Positions 23,083 through 36,118 are shown, counted from the whole stretch's first letter. The stretch: 63,972 nt of DNA, filler included, from Lama guanicoe (GCA_013239625.1; 79 parts of 78 records of this genome joined end to end with filler, not necessarily neighbours in it), one strand, 5' to 3'. Made by a program: numbers and translations. Notes: a model not told the origin generated them from the letters alone.

Positions 23083-23564
23083 GGTAATCTACCCAGGCAA
23101 TGGAAATAAGAGAAAAAAATAAACAAAAGGGGCATAAGTAAACTCATAAATTACTTCACAGCAAAGACAACCATAAGTATAACAAAAGGAAACAACAACC
23201 TACGAATGGGAGAAAATATTTGCAAATGATACGACTAACAAAGTCTTAATTTTCAGAATATATAAACAGCTCATACAACTTAATAACAAAAAAACAAACA
23301 ACTCAATCCTAAAATAGGCAGAAGATCTAAACAAGCATTTCTCCAATGAAGACACAATTGGCTAATAGGCACATGAAAAAATGCTCGATATCACTAATAA
23401 ACCGAGAAATTCAAATCAAAACTATAATGAAGTATCAGCTCACACCAGTCAGAATGGCCATCGCTCAGAAGTTCATGAATGATAAATGCTAGAGAGGCTG
23501 TAGAGTGAAGGGTACCCTCTTACACTGCTGGTGGGAATCTAGTTTGGTGTAGTCATTATGGAAA
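23083..23564 (+). mobile_element. L1 ORF2 3' region
   Basis: gaatgggagaaaatatttgcaaatgat...cacaccagtcagaatggccatc...tacactgctggtgggaat; highly similar to ~45437-45912. Confidence 0.92.
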
Positions 23565-24628
23565 NNNNNNNNNNNNNNNNNNNNNNNNNNNNNNNNNNNN
23601 NNNNNNNNNNNNNNNNNNNNNNNNNNNNNNNNNNNNNNNNNNNNNNNNNNNNNNNNNNNNNNNNNNNNNNNNNNNNNNNNNNNNNNNNNNNNNNNNNNNN
23701 NNNNNNNNNNNNNNNNNNNNNNNNNNNNNNNNNNNNNNNNNNNNNNNNNNNNNNNNNNNNNNNNNNNNNNNNNNNNNNNNNNNNNNNNNNNNNNNNNNNN
23801 NNNNNNNNNNNNNNNNNNNNNNNNNNNNNNNNNNNNNNNNNNNNNNNNNNNNNNNNNNNNNNNNNNNNNNNNNNNNNNNNNNNNNNNNNNNNNNNNNNNN
23901 NNNNNNNNNNNNNNNNNNNNNNNNNNNNNNNNNNNNNNNNNNNNNNNNNNNNNNNNNNNNNNNNNNNNNNNNNNNNNNNNNNNNNNNNNNNNNNNNNNNN
24001 NNNNNNNNNNNNNNNNNNNNNNNNNNNNNNNNNNNNNNNNNNNNNNNNNNNNNNNNNNNNNNNNNNNNNNNNNNNNNNNNNNNNNNNNNNNNNNNNNNNN
24101 NNNNNNNNNNNNNNNNNNNNNNNNNNNNNNNNNNNNNNNNNNNNNNNNNNNNNNNNNNNNNNNNNNNNNNNNNNNNNNNNNNNNNNNNNNNNNNNNNNNN
24201 NNNNNNNNNNNNNNNNNNNNNNNNNNNNNNNNNNNNNNNNNNNNNNNNNNNNNNNNNNNNTCCCAGGGACAGGCTGACATGACATGTGTCCTGCAAACCT
24301 GGGGCAGCAGAGGCAGTCCCCAGGTCTGGCCCTGGGGGAGATGGGAGCAAGTCCACCTGCTCCCCTTGGGGCAGCACCCCTCCCTGCAGCCCTCGCCAAC
24401 TGCCTGCACCATGCCTGCCTCTCAGGAAACCACTGATTGAGAACAAGTGATCCACGAACCTGGGGCAGCGGCAGGGAGTTGGGCAGCGACCTGGCAAGCT
24501 GGTCGACTTGTCCCCATCTTCCCCACGGNNNNNNNNNNNNNNNNNNNNNNNNNNNNNNNNNNNNNNNNNNNNTTAATTAATTAANNNNNNNNNNNNNNNN
24601 NNNNNNNNNNNNNNNNNNNNNNNNNNNN

Positions 24629-25246
24629 TAGAATTTAGAATATAGATTGAAGAAGACAGAATATAGAATAGTGAATATAAAATATAGAACCCAGATTTTA
24701 GAACATGGAAAGCAAAACACAGAATTTAGAACAGAGAAAACTGAACACTGTATATAGAATTTAGAATATAGAATGTAAAACAGAATTTAGAATATAGAGT
24801 AACGAATGCAGAATATTGAATTTAGAATACAGAATGAAGAACACAGTATATAGAATATTGAAAAGAGAATATAGAACTCAGAATTTAGAACATGGAATGC
24901 AGAACACAGAATTTATAATATAGAATACAGAGCACTGAATATANNNNNNNNNNNNNNNNNNNNNNNNNNNNNNNNNNNNNNNNNNNNNNNNNNNNNNNNN
25001 NNNNNNNNNNNNNNNNNNTGAACAAAGAATTTAGTATATAGAATACAGATTACTGAATATAGAATTTAGAGTATAGAATGTAGAACACAGAAATTAGAAT
25101 ATAGAATACGGAAAGCAGAATTTAGAATGTAGAATATAAAATGAAGAACACAAAATATAGAATATACGAGAGAGAATACAGAACACAGAATTCAAATTAT
25201 GGAATGCAGAACACAGAAACTAGAATATAGAATACAGAATAATGAA
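24629..25246 (-). repeat. AT-rich heptamer satellite
   Basis: Same heptamer vocabulary, reverse strand. Confidence 0.95.
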
Positions 25247-25346
25247 NNNNNNNNNNNNNNNNNNNNNNNNNNNNNNNNNNNNNNNNNNNNTTAATTAATT
25301 AANNNNNNNNNNNNNNNNNNNNNNNNNNNNNNNNNNNNNNNNNNNN

Positions 25347-26156
25347 CTGTATTCTATATTCTAAATTCTGTGTACTGCATTTCATGTTCTAAATTTTGTG
25401 TTATATATTCTGTATACTATATTCTATATTCTGTGTTCTACATTCTATATTCTAAATTCGATATATTCTATATTCTGTGTTCTACATTCTATATTCTAAA
25501 TACGAAATTCAGTATTCTGTATTCTATATTCTAAATTCTGTGTTCAATATTACATATTGTTAATTCTGGGTTCTATATTCTCTATTCTATATTCTATAAT
25601 TTGTGTCCATCATTCTTTATTCTTTATTCTATATTCTACATTCCGTAGTCTATATTCTATATTCTGTGTTCTACATTCTATATTCTAAATTCTATATAGA
25701 GTATTCTGCATTCTATATTCTAAATCCTGTGTTCTGCATTCAATGTTCTAAATTCTATATTCAGTATTCTGCATAATATATTCTACAGTCTGGGTTCTAC
25801 ATTCAATATTCTAAATTCGATATTCACTATTCGGTATTCTATATTCTAAATTCTGTTTTCTACATTGTATATTCATATTCTATATTCACTATTGCTGTTC
25901 TATATTTTAAATTCTGTGTACTGCATTCCATGTTCTAAACTTTGTGTTCTATATTCTGTATTCTATATTCTATATTCTGTGTTCTAAATTCTATATTCTT
26001 AATTCTATATTCAGTATTCTGCATTCTATATTCTAAATTCTGTGTTCTGCATTCCATGTTCTAAACTTTGTGTTCCATATACTCTATTCTATGTTCTATT
26101 TTCTGTCTTCTACATTCTATCTTCTAAATTCTATATTCAGTACTCCGTATTCTATA
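25347..26156 (+). repeat. AT-rich heptamer satellite
   Basis: Same heptamer vocabulary. Confidence 0.95.
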
Positions 26157-26256
26157 NNNNNNNNNNNNNNNNNNNNNNNNNNNNNNNNNNNNNNNNNNNN
26201 TTAATTAATTAANNNNNNNNNNNNNNNNNNNNNNNNNNNNNNNNNNNNNNNNNNNN

Positions 26257-26712
26257 TTTCCTGAGTGTAGGGAGGCACCTACAACTGACAGCAGGGCCTG
26301 GGTTCAACAACAATCCATTAACTTGTCTTCACTGATGGCTAGCCTAGGCGGGAGTGTGGGGGAATGTGAGGGTTGGGCTCAAAAACCAAGTATTACTGAG
26401 TGCCTCTCCACGGGATTTGAAGTGGTTTAACCTACAACCAAATATTTGGGAATACCTGTGCCCCCTGAAAGTTGCAAGGACATCAGCACACACACTATGT
26501 GGTGTTCTGGTATCCTGAGTGTGGGGAAACTCCTCCAACTGACAGCAGCACCTGGGATCTAATATAATCCCTATGTTTGACAAGCTTCAGTATTTTCCTA
26601 GGCCGGACTTTGAGCCTAGGTGGGGGTTGGGCTCAAAAGCCAAGTATTAGCCTGTGCCTCTCCATGTTCAGTGGAGGTGTTTAAACGACATCCAAACCTG
26701 GGAACACCTGTG
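26257..26712 (-). repeat. Diverged satellite (family A'), reverse-complement paralogue of 7674-8181
   Basis: The reverse complement aligns almost base for base with ~7680-8085. The ORF track gives near-identical peptides (YSQIFGCRLNHFKSRGEAL). Confidence 0.9.
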
Positions 26713-27287
26713 NNNNNNNNNNNNNNNNNNNNNNNNNNNNNNNNNNNNNNNNNNNNTTAATTAATTAANNNNNNNNNNNNNNNNNNNNNNNNNNNNNNNN
26801 NNNNNNNNNNNNCTTACCTTTTCTTCCCTACTTCGTTTTCCTGGAGTTAATAATTGTCTTTTTGGTTCATAGCTTAGATTTCTGTGCACTTAACATTTCA
26901 ACCTCAGACCTTCACTTAACGAACAACTTTCACAATATTTTCCAATACATTGTCTACAAATTTCATCTCCTTGAATAAATCTCTTCAGATCTCCTTCCAC
27001 ATGGATTAACAACATGCTAGTCTTGTCACAGAGCTCAAGGGGCCACTAGTGGGAAGTAACAAGGGAATACATGGACCAGGAGCAGGGAAAAGATCAACAT
27101 AATTGCCTTAGCAATACATACTTAAAATAGTGGGAAAATTGTTTTCTTTACAAACACACACACACAAACCCCAAAAGCCCATAAAGAATGATTTAAGAGT
27201 GGTCAAACCCATTGCCCTGCCTTCAAATTCTGTATAACATAAAACAAAAATAACAGAAGGAAGATATCATATAAATATGAATCTCAA

Positions 27288-27383
27288 GGGGGATTGGGTA
27301 CACTCAGTGGCAGAGTGTGTGCTCAGCATGCTAAGATTCAATCTTCAGTACCTCCATTAGAAAAAAAATTAATAGAAAAAAAA
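27288..27383 (+). mobile_element. tRNA-derived SINE, vic-1-like (camelid type)
   Basis: gggg..gggtacactcagtggcagagtgtgtgctcagcatgc...ttcaatcttcagtacctccatt followed by an A-rich tail, with A-box and degenerate B-box remnants. Confidence 0.75.
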
Positions 27384-29956
27384 TTATCAATTTTAAATAT
27401 TTACATATTAACAAACATCCTCCTTTAAAACTGTGTTCTAAAGGATAACACGGGTTAAGGAGAAAGTGCCTCTTCCTGACTGTGATCCTGTCCTTAATTG
27501 AGGGAGGAAATTAGAGTATGACTACATGAAATAAAATTCCTTATGAAATAATGATTCTGGGTGACAATCATTATTGGCTGCTGTCATCACAAAAAAGAGA
27601 GTCAANNNNNNNNNNNNNNNNNNNNNNNNNNNNNNNNNNNNNNNNNNNNTTAATTAATTAANNNNNNNNNNNNNNNNNNNNNNNNNNNNNNNNNNNNNNN
27701 NNNNNACTGAAAAATACTCTCATATTCTCAGAATATTAGGGTTAATATTTTATAAAGATTACCTTATATCAAAGATAACAGAAAAAATACAGAAATTGGA
27801 AACATACATCCATGGTATTTCTTTTCTATTAAAATTAATCTATTCACATTCTGAAATATGTAAATCAACTTTAAAATTGTTTAAGTTAAGGTTAAACACT
27901 GCAAACTTACACAACATATCTGATCTGAAGGAAAAATAATGCTTACTTTTGTTCCATGCAAAACCAGTAAAGTCTTGCAATGCTGTGAATGAGATTAATT
28001 TCCTCTCCCTTCCCCCACATCTACTGATGATCAGGAAAATGGCCATAAGACATGAGGGGGAAGTGCAAAGGGAAAGGAGACAAAATGATTAGTGGAAACA
28101 GGAAATGATAGAAAGAAAAAGAAATTAAGAGTCCAAAAAAAATCTGTAACATGAAAAAATGCAATATTGTTATTTCTAAAATAGCATTTATTAGTTAAAA
28201 ATATTTATTATTTTTTAAAAACTCTTTTTCTTTCTATTTCTTTCTATACTTTAGGTACCATAGTATTCATTTTCCCCTAGCATACCTCTTTTCATCACAA
28301 ACCCTGCCATAAACTTCTTATTTAAAACCAATAAAGCNNNNNNNNNNNNNNNNNNNNNNNNNNNNNNNNNNNNNNNNNNNNTTAATTAATTAANNNNNNN
28401 NNNNNNNNNNNNNNNNNNNNNNNNNNNNNNNNNNNNNTCTGTAAACAGAGAATCTGTGGGAAGAACTGGTTTAATTGGGACATTCCTGTAGCACTACAAA
28501 GCACAAACGCACTCTCAGTTGGCTGTTTTGGAAACACTCCAAAATGACACAGAGCAGAATGCAGAGCTGAGAACTTTAGAAGCTTCATTNNNNNNNNNNN
28601 NNNNNNNNNNNNNNNNNNNNNNNNNNNNNNNNNNNNNNNNNNNNNNNNNNNNNNNNNNNNNNNNNNNNNNNNNNNNNNNNNNNNNNNNNNNNNNNNNNNN
28701 NNNNNNNNNNNAGACAACACACACAGGAACAGGACATGGCATCAATGTCATGGAGAAATAGTCCTCACAGGAATCCCATGGAATTGCGTAGAGGCAAGAG
28801 TCTAAAGTTTTCACATAACAAAGCCATAGAAGTCTACATCAGATACCTGATATTACCAGAGCAGTAGAGACGAAGACGTACAGTAAAAGAAGAAGGAAGT
28901 ACCATTTTGTCTCACCAAAGTGGGAATAGAGGCAACATATCTCAGCATCATGAATGCNNNNNNNNNNNNNNNNNNNNNNNNNNNNNNNNNNNNNNNNNNN
29001 NTTAATTAATTAANNNNNNNNNNNNNNNNNNNNNNNNNNNNNNNNNNNNNNNNNNNNCATTTGTCCTTTAAAGTATGACTTCACTTTCAGTGATCAATAC
29101 TTCGGCATCTTCAGGAGTTGAGATTTTAGGAAAATGCACAGCCTGGGCCCAGACAACCACTTTAAGCTTGTGACTCTGCACGTAGATGTCTCAAGGGCAC
29201 CTCCAACTCAACCTGCAAAGAGCTGACTTCACGGTGCTCCTCCCATAGCCGTCCTGCCCAGGGCCCCTGGTCGGAGGGTAAGGTCTCCCTGCATCTCCCA
29301 ACTCAGGCCCATCACTCACAGTTGTGAATGGACCCCTCCTTCAGGGACCAGATATCCTCAGTCACCGAGTACCACCACCCTTAACTGACCTACCAGTTAC
29401 TCACTGGCACTCACTCAGCACTGACTCTGTGCTGGAGATCACGCTGTACACTGCACAGTGTATCTCTCTGGATCTCCACAACAGTCCTGGGAATTGGGTA
29501 CATCACTGCTTCAATTGATTAGATAAATTGTTTCACTTCCTTCCGTGTGTCATTCAAACTGACACGGCTACTAAGCCACAAGCCTGGGCCTGAAAACCAC
29601 TTGAAAATTGAACACTGCTACACCTCGCAGCCACCCTACTCAACACCTCGCAGCCACCCTACTCTGACTCATCGCATCACCTCCTGCCAAGCCTTCTAAA
29701 TGTTTCCAAGCATTCTACAAGACAAATGTGAACTACGAGAGCACCCTACTCTCCTGCTTAAAATCTGTCAATGATGGTCCACTGCCCTTAGGAGAAAGCC
29801 TCACCGAGCTTGAGCACAGCCTAAGGCCCCAGCATCCGCGTTCCCTGCGCGGCCGCNNNNNNNNNNNNNNNNNNNNNNNNNNNNNNNNNNNNNNNNNNNN
29901 TTAATTAATTAANNNNNNNNNNNNNNNNNNNNNNNNNNNNNNNNNNNNNNNNNNNN

Positions 29957-30766
29957 TTCTGCATTCCATGTTCTAAATTCTGGGTTCTATATTCTCTCTT
30001 CTGTAATCTACTTTCTGAGTTCTAAATTCTATATTCTAAATTCTATATTCAGTATTCTTTATTGTATATTCTAAATTCAGTGTTCTGCATTCTATTTTCT
30101 TAATTCTATTTTCAGTACTCTTTATTCTATATTCTTAATTCTGTGTTCTGCATTCCATGTTCTAAATTCTGGATTCTATATTCTCTATTCTATATGCTAT
30201 ATTCTGTGTTCTACATTCTAAAAATTTTATATTCAGTATTCTGTATTCTATATTCTAAATTTTGTGTTCTGCATACCATATTCTAAATTCTGGGTTCTAT
30301 AATCTCTATTCTCTATTCTATATTGTGTGTTCCTAATTCTATTCTCTACATAATATATTTTGCATTCCGTATTCTATATTCTATATTCTGTGTTCTAAAT
30401 TCTATATTCTAAATTCTATATTCAGTATTCTGTATTCTATATTCTAAATTCTGTGTTCTGCATTCCTTGTTCTAAATTCTAGATTCTATATTGTATGTTC
30501 TGTGTTCTCCATTCTATATTCTAAATTCTATATTCAGTATTCTGTATTCTATATTCTAAATTCTGTGTTCTGCATTCCTTGTTCTAAATTCTAGATTCTA
30601 TATTGTATGTTCTGTGTTCTCCATTCTATATTCTAAATTCTATATTCAGTATTCTGTATTCTATATTCTAAATTCTGTGTTCTGCATTCCTTGTTCTAAA
30701 TTCTAGATTCTATATTGTATGTTCTGTGTTCTCCATTCTATATTCTAAATTCTATATTCAGTATTC
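29957..30766 (+). repeat. AT-rich heptamer satellite with a 112-bp higher-order repeat
   Basis: cattccttg at 30461, 30573 and 30685 (112 = 16x7). Confidence 0.95.
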
Positions 30767-31744
30767 NNNNNNNNNNNNNNNNNNNNNNNNNNNNNNNNNN
30801 NNNNNNNNNNTTAATTAATTAANNNNNNNNNNNNNNNNNNNNNNNNNNNNNNNNNNNNNNNNNNNNCAGTGTCAGCTGATAAGACTGGAATGGCAGATTT
30901 GAGTTCTGAAAACATCTCACAGTTGTAAAGAAAGCCTTTGATAACCTGGAGAAAGGGCAAATGGGCCTGGGTGAACTCTAGCAACATGCCACCAATATGA
31001 CATTTACCAAGAGAAGGATAGAGACCACTTACAGCTGGAGAACTGTGTCTGCACAGCAGTGGTTCTTCCTATAACAGAAACATCAAGCTTTAAGATTGTC
31101 AGCAAAATTCTGATGGTGGCTATGTGGTTGCTTACATTAGCATCCTGGGGTTCAGATGGGCTGGTTCAGCTACTTTCCAACTCTCTTATCAGACAGTGGT
31201 TCTTACCGTGATCATCTTAACAAGGTTCTATGCTGATAAGTCAAAAGTTACAGTTTACATTCAAAGTGAGAAATCCTAAAGAAGAATCTTGTTTGTCCAT
31301 CTGTAGTTTTCTACCTGGGAAAATCTAGACTATTGGCAAAACTACAAAAAAATCTCTGAGTTCTGCCCACTGAATTCTTCCCACTAAATACTACAGATCT
31401 CTGTACCACTGTGTGTGTGTGTGTGTGAAGATGGATTGTTAAGCAGTAACTAAGTTTGTCTTAGTTGAGTCATCAGTGAATTATTCCTCTGCATCTGGCA
31501 GAATCTCTGTGAATTAAGAGTATCATTGAGCAACCAGATTTTCTTCTGATCAGGGAGGGGTAGGTTATATTTCTCCCAGTATACTAATTGTTACGTGTTC
31601 ATTGAATCCCAAGCTGATGCTACGGCCAAGCCCCTGAACCCTTGNNNNNNNNNNNNNNNNNNNNNNNNNNNNNNNNNNNNNNNNNNNNTTAATTAATTAA
31701 NNNNNNNNNNNNNNNNNNNNNNNNNNNNNNNNNNNNNNNNNNNN

Positions 31745-32579
31745 ATATGGAAAACAGAATACAGTAAACTGAATTAAGAAATTAGAATGCAGAGCACAGA
31801 ATGTAGTATATAGATTATTTATTCTGAATATAGAATTTAGAACATGGAATGCAAAATCAAAATTTAAAATATAGAATAAAGAATACTGAATATAGATTTT
31901 AGACCATGGAATGCAGAACCCAGAATATAGAATATAGAATACGGAATACTGAATATAGAATATAGAATATAGAATTTAGAACACAGAATATAGAATATAG
32001 AATACGGAATACTGAATATAGAATATAGAATATAGAATTTAGAACACAGAATATAGAATATAGAATACGGAATGCCGAAAATAGAATACAGAATATGGTA
32101 TAAAGAACACAGAATGTAGAATATGGAGAACAGAATACAGAACAGAGAATTTAGGACATGGAATGCAGAACACAGAATTTAGAATATAGAATACAGAACA
32201 CTGAATATAGAATTTAGAATATAGAATGTAGAACACAGAATGCTGAATATAAAATTTACAATATAGAATGTAGAACACAGAATATAGAAAATAGAAAAGA
32301 GAATATAGAACACAGAATTTAGTACATAATATACNNNNNNNNNNNNNNNNNNNNNNNNNNNNNNNNNNNNNNNNNNNNNNNNNNNNNNNNNNNNNNNNNN
32401 NNNNNNNNNNNNNNNNNNNNNNNNNNNNNNNNNNNNNNNNNNNNNNNNNNNNNNNNNNAATATAGAATACACAGAATATAGAATATAGTATACCGAATGC
32501 AAAATATAGTATGTAGAATATAGAATGAAGAACACACAATTTAGAATATAGAATACAGAATGTAGAACCCAGAATTTAT
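31745..32579 (-). repeat. AT-rich heptamer satellite with a local 63-bp repeat
   Basis: cagaatatagaatatagaatacggaat at 31921, 31984 and 32047 (63 = 9x7). Confidence 0.95.
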
Positions 32580-32679
32580 NNNNNNNNNNNNNNNNNNNNN
32601 NNNNNNNNNNNNNNNNNNNNNNNTTAATTAATTAANNNNNNNNNNNNNNNNNNNNNNNNNNNNNNNNNNNNNNNNNNNN

Positions 32680-32707
32680 AAAAAACAAAAACAAAAACAA
32701 AAAACAA

Positions 32708-32739
<32 letters not shown>

Positions 32740-33473
32740 ACAAAAAAAGGGGTTTGTCGGTGTTCTCCTGGAGTGTGTGTGCTTTTAATGTGATGTCCTT
32801 CTGTCTTCGGCCTGTTTTGGAAGCTCAGCTTGTTTTCATAGGCCCTCCATTGGCGCCCTCTTCTGTGCTGCTCCCAGCACCTGTCGGCAAGCCGATCNNN
32901 NNNNNNNNNNNNNNNNNTGCAGCTCTCCTCTGCTGTGGGCGGGCGGGTCACTGCCCCTCTGGATGCCGCAGTCAGATGTTGCAGACTAGCCAGGCAGGAG
33001 GGCGGGTCGTGCCCCCTCCCAGCACCTCGGTCAGGGGTTGTGTTCCTGCCCTACAGGCGGGGGAGCTGCTCTCCCCCTTCCTGTGCCGCCGGTAGCTCCG
33101 CTGCTCTGTGCAGCTGTGCGCTCTGCGCCGGCGCTCCGCCCTGGCCGGCGCTCCGCCCTGGTCGCGCTCCCCAGGTGGGTTCGGGGAAGACCCAGGGGCA
33201 GCCTCGTCCCTGCTCCGAGCCAAGACCCAGCTCCTTGTTTGTCTTTGTGGAGCAAGTTCTCTGGGGGACCAGAATTGAAGGATCCTATCTGCCCAGGGCT
33301 GTAGGCCCGTCTCAGTCTGGCCCTTGGGGCTGCTAAGCCCTTCGGTGCGGACACAGGTTTCGCCTCTGCCCCCGCCTGGGTGCTAAGTGCGGGAGAATAT
33401 GGCGACTCTGCCTGGGCCCCACCCCTCTTCCTCTGAAAAGTTTCCGCGGGTTTTCAGAGATGGGGGTATGCAC
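32680..33473 (-). mobile_element. Probable young L1 5' UTR (CpG-rich internal promoter region), antisense
   Basis: GC/CpG-rich block next to an (AAAAAC)n tract (T-rich on the L1 sense strand). YY1-like CGCCATATT on the minus strand near 33396-33404. Called on architecture only. Confidence 0.55.
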
Positions 33474-33573
33474 NNNNNNNNNNNNNNNNNNNNNNNNNNN
33501 NNNNNNNNNNNNNNNNNTTAATTAATTAANNNNNNNNNNNNNNNNNNNNNNNNNNNNNNNNNNNNNNNNNNNN

Positions 33574-34259
33574 TAATGTCTCTGTGCCAGGGAATGCTAG
33601 GGGGGGTTTCAGGAAGTCCCAGAGACAGAGGCTGCCTCCCTATGGTCAGGGAAGGTATTTCTCGGACTTCCCCGAACATGGAACAGCTGTGACGGAAGAG
33701 TGCTGCGTGGAGTTGTCTNNNNNNNNNNNNNNNNNNNNNNNNNNNNNNNNNNNNNNNNNNNNNNNNNNNNNNNNNNNNNNNNNNNNNNNNNNNNNNNNNN
33801 NNNNNNNNNNNNNNNNNNNNNNNNNNNNNNNNNGCTGCGTGGACTCTCGAGCTCCCCCACGCACTGACAATGCTTCCGGAACCCTGAGCGTGGGGAGGTT
33901 CCACCAACGGTCGGCAGCGCGTGGGTTCCAACGGAATGCCTGAGCTGGTCTCCTCTCCCNNNNNNNNNNNNNNNNNNNNNNNNNNNNNNNNNNNNNNNNN
34001 NNNNNNNNNNNNNNNNNNNNNNNNNNNNNNNNNNNNNNNNNNNNNNNNNNNNNNNNNNNNNNNNNNNNNNNNNNNNNNNNNNNNNNNNNNNNNNNNNNNN
34101 NNNNNNNNNNNNNNNNNNNNNNNNNNNNNNNNNACAGAGGCTGCCAAGGTCAGGGAAGTTTTTTCTCGGACTTCCCCGAACAGGGAACACCTGTGACTGC
34201 AGAGAGCTGCGTGGAGTTGTCTCTCGAGCTCCCCCACACACTGACAATGGTTCGGTTCC
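33574..34259 (-). repeat. GC-rich ~268-bp satellite (family A)
   Basis: Family A motifs in reverse orientation, interrupted by gaps. Confidence 0.95.
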
Positions 34260-34359
34260 NNNNNNNNNNNNNNNNNNNNNNNNNNNNNNNNNNNNNNNNN
34301 NNNTTAATTAATTAANNNNNNNNNNNNNNNNNNNNNNNNNNNNNNNNNNNNNNNNNNNN

Positions 34360-35045
34360 TATTTCTCGGACTTCCCCAAACAGGGAACACCTGTGACTGA
34401 AGAGAGCTGCGTGGAGTTGTCTCTCGAGCTCCCCCACGCACTGACAATTGTTCCGGAATCCTGAGCGAGGGGAGGTTCCACCAACGGTCGGCAGCGCATG
34501 GGTTCTAACGGAATGCCTAAGCTCGTCTCCCCTGAGGGTTTTCCTAATATCTCTGTGTCAGGGAATGCTAGGTCAGTTTGCAGGAAGTCCCAGGGCAGAG
34601 GCTGCCTCCCCAAGGTCAGTGAAGCTATTTCCCGGACTTCCCCGAACAGGGAACACCTGTGACTGAAGAGAGCTGCGTGGAGTTGTCTCTCGAGCTCCCC
34701 CACGCACTGACAATGGTTCCGGAATCCTGAGCGTGGGGAGGTTCCACCAACGGTCGGCATCGCGTGGGTTCTAACGGAATGCCTAAGCTCGTCTCCCCTG
34801 AGGGTTTTCCTAATGTCTCTCTGCCNNNNNNNNNNNNNNNNNNNNNNNNNNNNNNNNNNNNNNNNNNNNNNNNNNNNNNNNNNNNNNNNNNNNNNNNNNN
34901 NNNNNNNNNNNNNNNNNCTGAAGAGAGCTGCGTGGAGTTGTCTCTCGTGCTCCCCCACGCACTGACAATTGTTCCGGATTCATGAGCATGGGGAGGTCCA
35001 CCAAGGGTCGGCAGCGCGTGGGTTCTAACGGAATGCCTAAGCTCT
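34360..35045 (-). repeat. GC-rich ~267-bp satellite (family A)
   Basis: About 2.5 tandem monomers of cagggaacacctgtgactgaagagagctgcgtggagttg. Confidence 0.95.
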
Positions 35046-35145
35046 NNNNNNNNNNNNNNNNNNNNNNNNNNNNNNNNNNNNNNNNNNNNTTAATTAATTA
35101 ANNNNNNNNNNNNNNNNNNNNNNNNNNNNNNNNNNNNNNNNNNNN

Positions 35146-36118
35146 CAAAAACAGACCTATAGACCAATGAAATGCAATAGAAATCCCCCAAATAAGCCCA
35201 GACATACATTGTCAATTGGTTTTTCAGCAAGAGTGCCAATACTACACAATGGGGAAAGGAGAATCTCTCCAACAAATGCTGTTGAGAAAAGTGAATATCT
35301 ACATGTATGAGAATAAAATTGCAGCTTTATTTTACCCAAAATTCTACTCAAAATGGATTAAAAGCTTTAGCATATAAGACCTGAAAGTGTAAATCTACCA
35401 GAAGAAAATTTAGGGAAAAATCTTCACGTCATTGGTCTAGTAAATGATTTCTTGGCTAGAACACCAAAAGCACAAGAGGAAAAAAAAAGGAAAAATAGGC
35501 AAGTGAAACTATATCAAACTGAAATGGCTTCTGCTTGGCAAAGGAAACAATCCACAGAGAGAAAAAGGTAACCTTGGAATGACAGAAAATATTGGCAAAC
35601 CATGTATCTGAAAGGGGGTTAATATCTAAAATATATCAAGAACTCCTATAACTCAATAACAAAATAACCCAGTTAAAGAATGGGCAAAAGGACCTAAAAA
35701 AACTTAATGAGGTATCAGCTCACACCTGCAAGTATGGTGGTCTTGTGTACTAAAAAAAAAAGCGAATTTGTGGAGTAATTCATATCCTGTGCACTGCTGG
35801 TGGGAATGTAAAATGACAAAGCTGCTGTGGAAAATGAAAATGTAGGTTTCTCAAAACAAAATAAATAAATAAACATAGAACTACTATGTGATCCTGCAGT
35901 CCCACTTCTGAGTATATATCCAAAAGAGCTGAAATCAGGATTCCAACGACATATCTGCACTCTTGTGTTCCTGGCAGCATTATTGACAATATCCAAGATA
36001 TGGAAACACCTGAATTTCATCAAAGGATGAATATATAGAGGAAATTTGGTATATGCACACAGTGGAATGTAATTCAGCCTTAAAAACAGGAGGAAATCCT
36101 GTCATATGTGTCAACATG
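35146..36118 (+). mobile_element. L1 ORF2 3' end / 3' UTR, degenerate
   Basis: aaaacagacctatagaccaatgaaat...tactcaaaatggattaaa...gaactactatgtgatcctgcagtcccacttctgagtatatatccaaaag. Confidence 0.92.

Noticed and set aside
23489..24497. Long ORFs (200-434 aa) here and at 831, 2163, 13605 and 40469
   Set aside because: Their length comes from N runs translated as X.
26813..27020. Minus-strand exon candidate ending in AAG|GTAAG
   Set aside because: It contains in-frame stops and no recognisable protein similarity.
27288..27360. Possible tRNA gene
   Set aside because: The cloverleaf is degenerate, there is an internal deletion and an A-rich tail follows. It is a SINE.
34631..34647. CENP-B-box-like motif in family A (minus strand GTTCGGGGAAGTCCGGG; also ~13344-13360)
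   Set aside because: There are eight bases between TTCG and CGGG instead of the required seven, and most monomers carry CCGAG. It is not a canonical box.
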